Part shown: positions 26,401-41,400 of the stretch, one piece after another
Layout of the letters: every line of letters begins with the position of its first letter
Numbering within the stretch: position 1 is the first letter of the stretch
Assembly (NCBI GenBank): GCA_964016885.1
Contig: OZ024742.1
Span: 361,088,001 to 361,152,000, forward strand
Source: Eledone cirrhosa
Taxonomy: Eukaryota
Direction of reading: 5' to 3'
DNA length: 64,000 nt
Notes under the pieces: model-generated
Seen by the model: the letters and a program-made list of their open reading frames with translations, nothing else
Database searches by the model: none
What the model was told of the DNA's origin: nothing
Made by a program: the position numbers and the translations under genes

Positions 26401-29400
26401 AGACCATGGCAATATTATTATATTTTGACAGAATCATTCAGACATCAGACAAAGGCATGGCAATATTATTATATTTTGACAGAATCCTTCAGACATCAGA
26501 CAAAGGCTATGGAATATTATTATATTTTGACAGAATCCTTCAGACATCAGACAAAGGCCATGGCAATATTATTATATTTTGACAGAATCCTTCAGACATC
26601 AGACAAAGGCATGGCAATATTATTATATTTTGACAGAATCCTTCAGACATCAGACGAAGGCATGGCAATATTATTATATTTTGACAGAATCCTTCAGACA
26701 AAGGCCATGGCAATATTATTATATTTTGACAGAATCCTTCTGACAAAGGCCATGGCAATATTATTATATTTTGACAGAATCGTTCAGACATCAGACAAAG
26801 GCATGGCAATATTATTATATTTTGACAGAATCCTTCAGACAAAGGCCATGGCAATATTATTATATTTTGACAGAATCCTTCAGACAAAGGCCATGGCAAT
26901 ATTATTATATTTTGACAGAATCCTTCAGACATCAAAGACCATGGCAATATTATTATATTTTGACAGAATCCTTCAGATATCAGACAAAGGCTATGGAATA
27001 TTATTATATTGTGACAGAATCCTTCAGACATCAGACAAAGGCATGGAAATATTATTATATTTTGCCAGAATCCTTCAGACATCAGACAAAGGCTATGGAA
27101 TGTTATTATATTTTGACAGAATCCTTCAGACATCAGACAAAGGCCATGGCAATATTATTATATTTTGACAGAATCCTTCAGACAAAGGCCATGGCAATAT
27201 TATTATATTTTGACAGAATCATTCAGACATCAGACAAAGTGTATGGCAATATTATTATATTTTGCCAGAATCCTTCAGCCATCAGACAAAGGCTTTGGAA
27301 TATTATTATATTTTGACAGAATCCTTCAGACAAAGGCCATGGCAATATTATTATATTTTGACAGAATCATTCAGACATCAGACAAAGGCATGGAAATATT
27401 ATTATATTTTGCCAGAATCCTTCAGACATCAGACAAAGGCTATGGAATGTTATTATATTTTGACAGAATCCTTCAGACATCAGACAAAGGCCATGGCAAT
27501 ATTATTATATTTTGACAGAATCCTTCAGACATCAGACAAAGGCATGGCAATATTATTATATTTTGACAGAATCCTTCAGACAAAGGCCATGGCAATATTA
27601 TTATATTTTGACAGAATCATTCAGACATCAGACAAAGTGTATGGCAATATTATTATATTTTGACAGAATCCTTCAGGCATCAGACAAAGGCATGGCAATA
27701 TTATTATATTTTGATAGAATCATTCAGACATCAGACAAAGTGTATGGCAATATTATTATATTTTGACAGAATCCTTCAGGCATCAGACAAAGGCATGGCA
27801 ATATTATTATATTTTGACAGAATCCTTTAGGCATCAGACAAAGGCTATGGAATATTATTATATTTTGACAGAATCCTTCAGACATCAGACAAAGGCTATG
27901 GAATATTATTATATTTTGACAGAATCGTTCAGGCATCAGACAAAGGCCATGGCAATATTATTATATTTTGACAGAATCATTCAGACATCAGACAAAGTGT
28001 ATGGCAATATTATTATATTTTGACAGAATCCTTCAGGCATCAGACAAAGGCCATGGCAATATTATTATATTTTGACAGAATCATTCAGACATCAGACAAA
28101 GTGTATGGCAATATTATTATATTTTGACAGAATCCTTCAGGCATCAGACAAACGCTATGGAATATTATTATATTTTGACAGAATCGTTCAGGCATCAGAC
28201 AAAGGTCATGGCAATATTATTATATTTTGACAGAATCATTCAGACATCAGACAAAGTGTATGGCAATATTATTATATTTTGACAGAATCCTTCAGGCATC
28301 AGACAAAGGCCATGGCAATATTATTATATTTTGACAGAATCATTCAGACATCAGACAAAGTGTATGGCAATATTATTATATTTTGACAGAATCCTTCAGG
28401 CATGGCAATATTATTATATTTTGACAGAATCATTCAGACATCAGACAAAGTGTATGGCAATATTATTATATTTTGACAGAATCCTTCAGGCATCAGACAA
28501 AGGCTATGGAATATTATTATATTTTGACAGAATCGTTCAGGCATCAGACAAAGGCCATGGCAATATTATTATATTTTGACAGAATCATTCAGACATCAGA
28601 CAAAGTGTATGGCAATATTATTATATTTTGACAGAATCCTTCAGGCATCAGACAAAGGCCATGGCAATTTTATTGTATTTTGACAGAATCATTCAGACAT
28701 CAGACAACGTGTATGGCAATATTATTATATTTTGACAGAATCCTTCAGGCATCAGACAAAGGCATGGCAATATTATTATATTTTGACAGAATCCTTCAGA
28801 CAAAGGCCATGGCAATATTATTATATTTTGACAGAATCCTTCAGACATCAGACAAAGGCATGGCAATATTATTATATTATGACAGAATCCTTTAGGCATC
28901 AGACAAAGGCTATGGAATATTATTATATTTTGACAGAATCCTTCAGACATCAGACAAAGGCCATGGCAATATTATTATATTTTGACAGAATCATTCAGAC
29001 ATCAGACAAAGGCATGGCAATATTATTATATTTTGACAGAATCCTTCAGACATCAGACAAAGGCTATGGAATATTATTATATTTTGACAGAATACTTCAG
29101 ACATCAGACAAAGGCCATGGCAATATTATTATATTTTGACAGAATCCTTCAGACATCAGACAAAGGCATGGCAATATTATTATATTCTGACAGAATCCTT
29201 CAGACATCAGACAAAGGCATGGCAATATTATTATATTTTGACAGAATCCTTCAGACAAAGGCCATGGCAATATTATTATATTTTGACAGAATCCTTCAGA
29301 CAAAGGCCATGGCAATATTATTATATTTTGACAGAATCGTTCAGACATCAGACAAAGGCATGGCAATATTATTATATTTTGACAGAATCCTTCAGGCAAA

Positions 29401-32400
29401 GGCCATGGCAATATTATTATATTTTGACAGAATCCTTCAGACAAAGGCCATGGCAATATTATTATATTTTGACAGAATCATTCAGACATCAGACAAAGTG
29501 TATGGCAATATTATTATATTTTGACAGAATCCTTCAGGCATCAGACAAAGGCATGGCAATATTATTATATTTTGATAGAATCATTCAGCCATCAGACAAA
29601 GTGTATGGCAATATTATTATATTTTGACAGAATCCTTCAGACATCAGACAAAGGCCATGGCAATATTATTATATTTTGACAGAATCCTTCAGACATCAAA
29701 GACCATGGCAATATTATTATATTTTGACAGAATCCTTCAGATATCAGACAAAGGCTATGGAATATTATTATATTTTGACAGAATCATTCAGACAAAGGCC
29801 ATAGCAATATTATTATATTATGACAGAATCCTTTAGGCATCAGACAAAGGCTATGGAATATTATTATATTTTGACAGAATCCTTCAGACATCAGACAAAG
29901 GCATGGAAATATTATTATATTTTGCCAGAATCCTTCAGACATCAGACAAATGCTATGGAATATTATTATATTTTGACAGAATCCTTCAGACAAAGGCCAT
30001 GGCAATATTATTATATTTTGACAGCATCATTCAGACATCAGACAAAGGCATGGAAATATTATTATATTTTGCCAGAATCCTTCAGACATCAGACAAAGGC
30101 TATGGAATGTTATTATATTTTGACAGAATCCTTCAGACAAAGGCCATGGCAATATTATTATATTTTGACAGAATCCTTCAGACATCAGACAAAGGCTATG
30201 GAATATTATTATATTTTGACAGAATCCTTCAGACATCAGACAAAGGCCATGGCAATATTATTATATTTTGACAGAATCCTTCAGACATCAGACAAAGGCA
30301 TGGCAATATTATTATATTTTGACAGAATCCTTCAGACATCAGACAAAGGCTATGGAATATTATTATACTTAGACAGAATCCTTCAGACATCAGACAAAGG
30401 CCATGGCAATATTATCATATTTTGACAGAATCCTTCAGACAAAGGCCATGGCAATATTATTATATTTTGACAGAATCCTTTAGACAAAGGCCATGGCAAT
30501 ATTATTATATTTTGACCGAATCCTTCAGATACCAGACAAAGGCTATGGAATATTATTATATTTTGACAGAATCCTTCAGACAAAGGCCATGGCAATATTA
30601 TTATATTATGACAGAATCCTTTAGGCATCAGACAAAGGCATGGAAATATTATTATATTTTGCCAGAATCCTTCAGACATCAGACAAAGGCTTTGGAATAT
30701 TATTATATTTTGACAGAATCCTTCAGACAAAGGCCATGGCAATATTATTATATTATGACAGAATCCTTCAGACTCAGACAAAGGCCATGGCAATATTATT
30801 ATATTTTGACAGAATCCTTCAGACATCAGACAAAGGCATGGCAATATTATTATATTTTGACAGAATCCTTCAGACAAAGGCCATGGCAATATTATTATAT
30901 TTTGACAGAATCATTCAGACATCAGACAAAGTGTATGGCAATATTATTATATTTTGACAGAATCCTTCAGGCATCAGACAAAGGCATGGCAATATTATTA
31001 TATTTTGATAGAATCATTCAGACATCAGACAAAGTGTATGGCAATATTATTATATTTTGACAGAATCCTTCAGGCATCAGACAAAGGCATGGCAATATTA
31101 TTATATTTTGACAGAATCCTTTAGGCATCAGACAAAGGCTATGGAATATTATTATATTTTGACAGAATCCTTCAGACATCAGACAAAGGCTATGGAATAT
31201 TATTATATTTTGACAGAATCGTTCAGGCATCAGACAAAGGCCATGGCAATATTATTATATTTTGACAGAATCATTCAGACATCAGACAAAGTGTATGGCA
31301 ATATTATTATATTTTGACAGAATCCTTCAGGCATCAGACAAAGGCCATGGCAATATTATTATATTTTGACAGAATCATTCAGACATCAGACAAAGTGTAT
31401 GACAATATTATTATATTTTGACAGAATCCTTCAGGCATCAGACAAAGGCCATGGCAATATTATTATATTTTGACAGAATCATTCAGACATCAGACAAAGT
31501 GTATGGCAATATTATTATATTTTGACAGAATCCTTCAGGCATCAGACAAAGGCATGGCAATATTATTATATTTTGACAGAATCCTTCAGACAAAGGCCAT
31601 GGCAATATTATTATATTTTGACAGAATCCTTCAGACATCAGACAAAGGCATGGCAATATTATTATATTATGACAGAATCCTTTAGGCATCAGACAAAGGC
31701 TATGGAATATTATTATATTTTGACAGAATCCTTCAGACATCAGACAAAGACTATGGCAATATTATTATATTATGACAGAATCCTTTAGGCATCAGACAAA
31801 GGCTATGGAATATTATTATATTTTGACAGAATCCTTCAGACATCAGACAAAGGCCATGGCAATATTATTATATTTTGACAGAATCATTCAGACATCAGAC
31901 AAAGGCATGGCAATATTATTATATTTTGACAGAATCCTTAAGACATCAGACAAAGGCTATGGAATATTATTATATTTTGACAGAATCCTTCAGACATCAG
32001 ACAAAGGCCATGGCAATATTATTATATTTTGACAGAATCCTTCAGACATCAGACAAAGGCATGGCAATATTATTATATTTTGACAGAATCCTTCAGACAA
32101 TCGCCATGGCAATATTATTATATTTTGACAGAATCCTTCAGACAAAGGCCATGGCAATATTATTATATTTTGACAGAATCGTTCAGACATCAGACAAAGG
32201 CATGGCAATATTATTATATTTTGACAGAATCCTTCAGACAAAGGCCATGGCAATATAATTATATTTTGACAGAATCCTTCAGACAAAGGCCATGGCAATA
32301 TTATTATATTTTGACAGAATCCTTCAGACAAAGGCCATGGCAATATTATTATATTTTGACGGAATCCTTCAGATATCAGACAAAGGCTATGGAATATTAT

Positions 32401-35400
32401 TATATTTTGACAGAATCCTTCAGACAAAGGCCATGGCAATATTATTATATTTTGACAGAATCATTCAGACATCAGACAAAGGCCATGGCAATATTATTAT
32501 ATTTTGACAGAATCCTTCAGACATCAGACAAAGGCCATGGCAATATTATTATCTTTTGACAGAATCCTTCAGACATCAAAGACCATGGCAATATTATTAT
32601 ATTTTGACAGAATCCTTCAGATATCAGACAAAGGCTATGGAATATTATTATATTTTGACAGAATCCTTCAGACAAAGGCCATGGCAATATTATTATATTT
32701 TGACAGAATCATTCAGACATCAGACAAAGTGTATGGCAATATTATTATATTTTGACAGAATCCTTCAGGCATCAGACAAAGGCTATGGAATATTATTATA
32801 TTTTGACAGAATCGTTCAGGCATCAGACAAAGGCCATGGCAATATTATTATATTTTGACAGAATCATTCAGACATCAGACAAAGTGTATGGCAATATTAT
32901 TATATTTTGACAGAATCCTTCAGGCATCAGACAAAGGCCATGGCAATATTATTATATTTTGACAGAATCATTCAGACATCAGACAAAGTGTATGGCAATA
33001 TTATTATATTTTGACAGAATCCTTCAGGCATCAGACAAAGGCCATGGCAATATTATTATATTTTGACAGAATCATTCAGACATCAGACAAAGTGTATGGC
33101 AATATTATTATATTTTGACAGAATCCTTCAGGCATCAGACAAAGGCATGGCAATATTATTATATTTTGACAGAATCCTTCAGACAAAGGCCATGGCAATA
33201 TTATTATATTTTGACAGAATCCTTCAGACATCAGACAAAGGCATGGCAATATTATTATATTATGACAGAATCCTTTAGGCATCAGACAAAGGCTATGGAA
33301 TATTATTATATTTTGACAGAATCCTTCAGACATCAGACAAAGACTATGGCAATATTATTATATTATGACAGAATCCTTTAGGCATCAGACAAAGGCTATG
33401 GAATATTATTATATTTTGACAGAATCCTTCAGACATCAGATAAAGGCCATGGCAATATTATTATATTTTGACAGAATCATTCAGACATCAGACAAAGGCA
33501 TGGCAATATTATTATATTTTGACAGAATCCTTCAGAGATCAGACAAAGGCTATGGAATATTATTATATTTTGACAGAATCCTTCAGACATCAGACAAAGA
33601 CCATGGCAATATTATTATATTTTGACAGAATCCTTCAGACATCAGACAAAGGCATGGCAATATTATTATATTTTGACAGAATCCTTCAGACATCAGACAA
33701 AGGCATGGCAATATTATTATATTTTGACAGAATCCTTCAGACAATCGCCATGGCAATATTATTATATTTTGACAGAATCCTTCAGACAAAGGCCATGGCA
33801 ATATTATTATATTTTGACAGAATCGTTCAGACATCAGACAAAGGCATGGCAATTTTATTATATTTTGACAGAAACCTTCAGACAAAGGCCATGGCAATAT
33901 TATTATATTTTGACAGAATCCTTCAGACAAAGGCCATGGCAATATTATTATATTTTGACAGAATCCTTCAGACAAAGGCCATGGCAATATTATTATATTT
34001 TGACGGAATCCTTCAGATATCAGACAAAGGCTATGGAATATTATTATATTTTGACAGAATCCTTCAGACAAAGGCCATGGCAATATTATTATATTTTGAC
34101 AGAATCATTCAGACATCAGACAAAGGCCATGGCAATATTATTATATTTTGACAGAATCCTTCAGACATCAGACAAAGGCCATGGCAATATTATTATATTT
34201 TGACAGAATCCTTCAGACATCAAAGACCATGGCAATATTATTATATTTTGACAGAATCCTTCAGATATCAGACAAAGGCTATGGAATATTATTATATTTT
34301 GACAGAATCGTTCAGGCATCAGACAAAGGCCATGGCAATATTATTATATTTTGACAGAATCATTCAGACATCAGACAAAGTGTATGGCAATATTATTATA
34401 TTTTGACAGAATCCTTCAGGCATCAGACAAAGGCCGTGGCAATATTATTATATTTTGACAGAATCATTCAGACATCAGACAATGTGTATGGCAATATTAT
34501 TATATTTTGACAGAATCCTTCAGGCATCAGACAAAGGCCATGGCAATATTATTATATTTTGACAGAATCATTCAGACATCAGACAAAGTGTATGGCAATA
34601 TTATTATATTTTGACAGAATCCTTCAGGCATCAGACAAAGGCATGGCAATATTATTATATTTTGACAGAATCCTTCAGACAAAGGCCATGACAATATTAT
34701 TATATTTTGACAGAATCCTTCAGACATCAGACAAAGGCATGGCAATATTATTATATTATGACAGAATCCTTTAGGCATCAGACAAAGGCTATGGAATATT
34801 ATTATATTTTGACAGAATCCTTCAGACATCAGACAAAGACTATGGCAATATTATTATATTATGACAGAATCCTTTAGGCATCAGACAAAGGCTATGGAAT
34901 ATTATTATATTTTGACAGAATCCTTCAGACATCAGATAAAGGCCATGGCAATATTATTATATTTTGACAGAATCATTCAGACATCAGACAAAGGCATGGC
35001 AATATTATTATATTTTGACAGAATCCTTCAGAGATCAGACAAAGGCTATGGAATATTATTATATTTTGACAGAATCCTTCAGACATCAGACAAAGACCAT
35101 GGCAATATTATTATATTTTGACAGAATCCTTCAGACATCAGACAAAGGCATGGCAATATTATTATATTTTGACAGAATCCTTCAGACATCAGACAAAGGC
35201 ATGGCAATATTATTATATTTTGACAGAATCCTTCAGACAATCGCCATGGCAATATTATTATATTTTGACAGAATCCTTCAGACAAAGGCCATGGCAATAT
35301 TATTATATTTTGACAGAATCGTTCAGACATCAGACAAAGGCATGGCAATTTTATTATATTTTGACAGAAACCTTCAGACAAAGGCCATGGCAATATTATT

Positions 35401-38400
35401 ATATTTTGACAGAATCCTTCAGACAAAGGCCATGGCAATATTATTATATTTTGACAGAATCCTTCAGACAAAGGCCATGGCAATATTATTATATTTTGAC
35501 GGAATCCTTCAGATATCAGACAAAGGCTATGGAATATTATTATATTTTGACAGAATCCTTCAGACAAAGGCCATGGCAATATTATTATATTTTGACAGAA
35601 TCATTCAGACATCAGACAAAGGCCATGGCAATATTATTATATTTTGACAGAATCCTTCAGACAAAGGCCATGGCAATATTATTATATTTTGACAGAATCC
35701 TTCAGACATCAAAGACCATGGCAATATTATTATATTTTGACAGAATCCTTCAGATATCAGAAAAAGGCTATGGAATATTATTATATTTTGACAGAATCCT
35801 TCAGACAAAGGCCATGGCAATATTATTATATTTTGACAGAATCATTCAGGCATCAGACAAAGGCATGGCAATATTATTATATTTTGATAGAATCATTCAG
35901 ACATCAGACAAAGTGTATGGCAATATTATTATATTTTTACAGAATCCTTCAGACATCAGACAAAGGCCATGGCAATATTATTATATTTTGACAGAATCCT
36001 TCAGACATCAAAGACCATGGCAATATTATTATATTTTGACAGAATCCTTCAGATATCAGACAAAGGCTATGGAATATTATTATATTTTGACAGAATCCTT
36101 CAGACAAAGGCCATGGCAATATTATTATATTTTGACAGAATCCTTCAGACATCAGACAAAGGCTATGGAATATTATTATATTTTGACAGAATCCTTCAGA
36201 CATCAGACAAAGGCCATGGCAATATTATTATATTTTGACAGAATCCTTCATACATCAGACAAAGGCATGGCAATATTATTATATTTTGACAGAATCCTTC
36301 AGACAATCGCCATGGCAATATTATTATATTTTGACAGAATCCTTCAGACAAAGGCCATGGCAATATTATTATATTTTGACAGAATCGTTCAGACATCAGA
36401 CAAAGTCATGGCAATATTATTATATTATGACAGAATCCTTTAGGCATCAGACAAAGGCTATGGAATATTATTATATTTTGACAGAATCCTTCAGACATCA
36501 GACAAAGACTATGGCAATATTATTATATTATGACAGAATCCTTTAGGCATCAGACAAAGGCTATGGAATATTATTATATTTTGACAGAATCCTTCAGACA
36601 TCAGATAAAGGCCATGGCAATATTATTATATTTTGACAGAATCATTCAGACATCAGACAAAGGCATGGCAATATTATTATATTTTGACAGAATCCTTCAG
36701 AGATCAGACAAAGGCTATGGAATATTATTATATTTTGACAGAATCCTTCAGACATCAGACAAAGACCATGGCAATATTATTATATTTTGACAGAATCCTT
36801 CAGACATCAGACAAAGGCATGGCAATATTATTATATTTTGACAGAATCCTTCAGACATCAGACAAAGGCATGGCAATATTATTATATTTTGACAGAATCC
36901 TTCAGACAATCGCCATGGCAATATTATTATATTTTGACAGAATCCTTCAGACAAAGGCCATGGCAATATTATTATATTTTGACAGAATCCTTCAGACAAA
37001 GGCCATGGCAATATTATTATATTTTGACGGAATCCTTCAGATATCAGACAAAGGCTATGGAATATTATTATATTTTGACAGAATCCTTCAGACAAAGGCC
37101 ATGGCAATATTATTATATTTTGACAGAATCATTCAGACATCAGACAAAGGCCATGGCAATATTATTATATTTTGACAGAATCCTTCAGACATCAGACAAA
37201 GGCCATGGCAATATTATTATATTTTGACAGAATCCTTCAGACATCAAAGACCATGGCAATATTATTATATTTTGACAGAATCCTTCAGATATCAGACAAA
37301 GGCTATGGAATATTATTATATTTTGACAGAATCCTTCAGACAAAGGCCATGGCAATATTATTATATTTTGACAGAATCATTCAGGCATCAGACAAAGGCA
37401 TGGCAATATTATTATATTTTGATAGAATCATTCAGACATCAGACAAAGTGTATGGCAATATTATTATATTTTGACAGAATCCTTCAGACATCAGACAAAG
37501 GCCATGGCAATATTATTATATTTTGACAGAATCCTTCAGACATCAAAGACCATGGCAATATTATTATATTTTGACAGAATCCTTCAGATATCAGACAAAG
37601 GCTATGGAATATTATTATATTTTGACAGAATCATTCAGACAAAGGCCATAGCAATATTATTATATTATGACAGAATCCTTTAGGCATCAGCAAAGGCTAT
37701 GGAATATTATTATATTTTGACAGAATCCTTCAGACATCAGACAAAGGCATGGAAATATTATTATATTTTGCCAGAATCCTTCAGACATCAGACAAAGGCT
37801 ATGGAATATTATTATATTTTGACAGAATCCTTCAGACAAAGGCCATGGCAATATTATTATATTTTGACAGAATCATTCAGACATCAGACAAAGGCATGGA
37901 AATATATTATATTTTGCCAGAATCCTTCAGACATCAGACAAAGGCTATGGAATGTTATTATATTTTGACAGAATCCTTCAGACATCAGACAAAGGCCATG
38001 GCAATATTATTATATTTTGACAGAATCCTTCAGACATTAGACAAAGGCATGGCAATATTATTATATTTTGACAGAATCCTTCAGACAAAGGCCATGGCAA
38101 TATTATTATATTTTGACAGAATCGTTCAGACATCAGACAAAGGCATGGCAATATTATTATATTTTGACAGAATCCTTCAGACATCAGACAAAGGCCATGG
38201 CAATATTATTATATTTTGACAGAATCCTTCAGACAAAGGCCATGGCAATATTATTATATTTTGACAGAATCCTTCAGACATCAGACAAAGGCTATGGAAT
38301 ATTATTATATTTTGACAGAATCCTTCAGACATCAGACAAAGGCCATGGCAATATTATTATATTTTGACAGAATCCTTCAGACATCAGACAAAGGCATGGC

Positions 38401-41400
38401 AATATTATTATATTTTGACAGAATCCTTCAGACATCAGACAAAGGCTATGGAATATTATTATACTTTGACAGAATCCTTCAGACATCAGACAAAGGCCAT
38501 GACAATATTATCATATTTTGACAGAATCCTTCAGACAAAGGCCATGGCAATATTATTATATTTTGTCAAAATCCTTCAGATATCAGACAAAGGCTATGGA
38601 ATATTATTATATTTTGACAGAATCCTTCAGACAAAGGCCATGGCAATATTATTATATTATGACAGAATCCTTCAGGCATCAGACAAAGGCATGGAAATAT
38701 TATTATATTTTGCCAGAATCCTTCAGACATCAGACAAAGGCTTTGGAATATTATTATATTTTGACAGAATCCTTCAGACAAAGGCCATGGCAATATTATT
38801 ATATTTTGACAGAATCATTCAGACATCAGACAAAGGCATGGAAATATTATTATATTTTGCCAGAATCCTTCAGACATCAGACAATGGCTATGGAATGTTA
38901 TTATATTTTGACAGAATCCTTCAGACATCAGACAAAGGCCATGGCAATATTATTATATTTTGACAGAATCCTTCAGACAAAGGCCATGGCAATATTATTA
39001 TATTTTGACAGAATCATTCAGACATCAGACAAAGTGTATGGCAATATTATTATATTTTGACAGAATCCTTCAGGCATCAGACAAAGGCATGGCAATATTA
39101 TTATATTTTGATAGAATCATTCAGACATCAGACAAAGTGTATGGCAATATTATTATATTTTGACAGAATCCTTCAGGCATCAGACAAAGGCATGGCAATA
39201 TTATTATATTTTGACAGAATCCTTTAGGCATCAGACAAAGGCTATGGAATATTATTATATTTTGACAGAATCCTTCAGACATCAGACAAAGGCTATGGAA
39301 TATTATTATATTTTGACAGAATCGTTCAGGCATCAGACAAAGGCCATGGCAATATTATTATATTTTGACAGAATCATTCAGACATCAGACAAAGTGTATG
39401 GCAATATTATTATATTTTGACAGAATCCTTCAGGCATCAGACAAAGGCCATGGCAATATTATTATATTTTGACAGAATCATTCAGACATCAGACAAAGTG
39501 TATGGCAATATTATTATATTTTGACAGAATCCTTCAGGCATCAGACAAAGGCCATGGCAATATTATTATATTTTGACAGAATCATTCAGACATCAGACAA
39601 AGTGTATGGCAATATTATTGTATTTTGACAGAATCCTTCAGGCATCAGACAAAGGCATGGCAATATTATTATATTTTGACAGAATCCTTCAGACAAAGGC
39701 CATGGCAATATTATTATATTTTGACAGAATCCTTCAGACATCAGACAAAGGCATGGCAATATTATTATATTATGACAGAATCCTTTAGGCATCAGACAAA
39801 GGCTATGGAATATTATTATATTTTGACAGAATCCTTCAGACATCAGACAAAGACTATGGCAATATTATTATATTATGACAGAATCCTTTAGGCATCAGAC
39901 AAAGGCTATGGAATATTATTATATTTTGACAGAATCCTTCAGACATCAGACAAAGGCCATGGCAATATTATTATATTTTGACAGAATCCTTCAGACATCA
40001 GACAAAGGCATGGCAATATTATTATATTTTGACAGAATCCTTCAGACATCAGACAAAGGCATGGCAATATTATTATATTTTGACAGAATCCTTCAGACAA
40101 TCGCCATGGCAATATTATTATATTTTGACAGAATCCTTCAGACAAAGGCCATGGCAATATTATTATATTTTGACAGAATCCTTCAGACAAAGGCCATGGC
40201 AATATTATTATATTTTGACGGAATCCTTCAGATATCAGACAAAGGCTATGGAATATTATTATATTTTGACAGATTCCTTCAGACAAAGGCCATGGCAATA
40301 TTATTATATTTTGACAGAATCATTCAGACAAAGGCCATAGCAATATATATTATATTATGACAGAATCCTTTAGGCATCAGCAAAGGCTATGGAATATTAT
40401 TATATTTTGACAGAATCCTTCAGACATCAGACAAAGGCATGGAAATATTATTATATTTTGCCAGAATCCTTCAGACATCAGACAAAGGCTATGGAATGTT
40501 ATTATATTTTGACAGAATCCTTCAGACATCAGACAAAGGCCATGGCAATATTATTATATTTTGACAGAATCCTTCAGACATCAGACAAAGGCATGGCAAT
40601 ATTATTATATTTTGACAGAATCCTTCAGACAAAGGCCATGGCAATATTATTATATTTTGACAGAATCGTTCAGACATCAGACAAAGGCATGGCAATATTA
40701 TTATATTTTGACAGAATCCTTCAGACATCAGACAAAGGCCATGGCAATATTATTATATTTTGACAGAATCCTTCAGACAAAGGCCATGGCAATATTATTA
40801 TATTTTGACAGAATCCTTCAGACATCAGACAAAGGCTATGGAATATTATTATATTTTGACAGAATCCTTCAGACATCAGACAAAGGCCATGGCAATATTA
40901 TTATATTTTGACAGAATCCTTCAGACATCAGACAAAGGCATGGCAATATTATTATATTTTGACAGAATCCTTCAGACATCAGACAAAGGCTATGGAATAT
41001 TATTATACTTTGACAGAATCCTTCAGACATCAGACAAAGGCCATGGCAATATTATCATATTTTGACAGAATCCTTCAGACAAAGGCCATGGCAATATTAT
41101 TATATTTTGACAGAATCCTTCAGACAAAGGCCATGGCAATATTATTATATTTTGACAGAATCCTTCAGATATCAGACAAAGGCTATGGAATATTATTATA
41201 TTTTGACAGAATCCTTCAGACAAAGGCCATGGCAATATTATTATATTATGACAGAATCCTTCAGGCATCAGACAAAGGCATGGAAATATTATTATATTTT
41301 GCCAGAATCCTTCAGACATCAGACAAAGGCTTTGGAATATTATTATATTTTGACAGAATCCTTCGGACAAAGGCCATGGCAATATTATTATATTTCGACA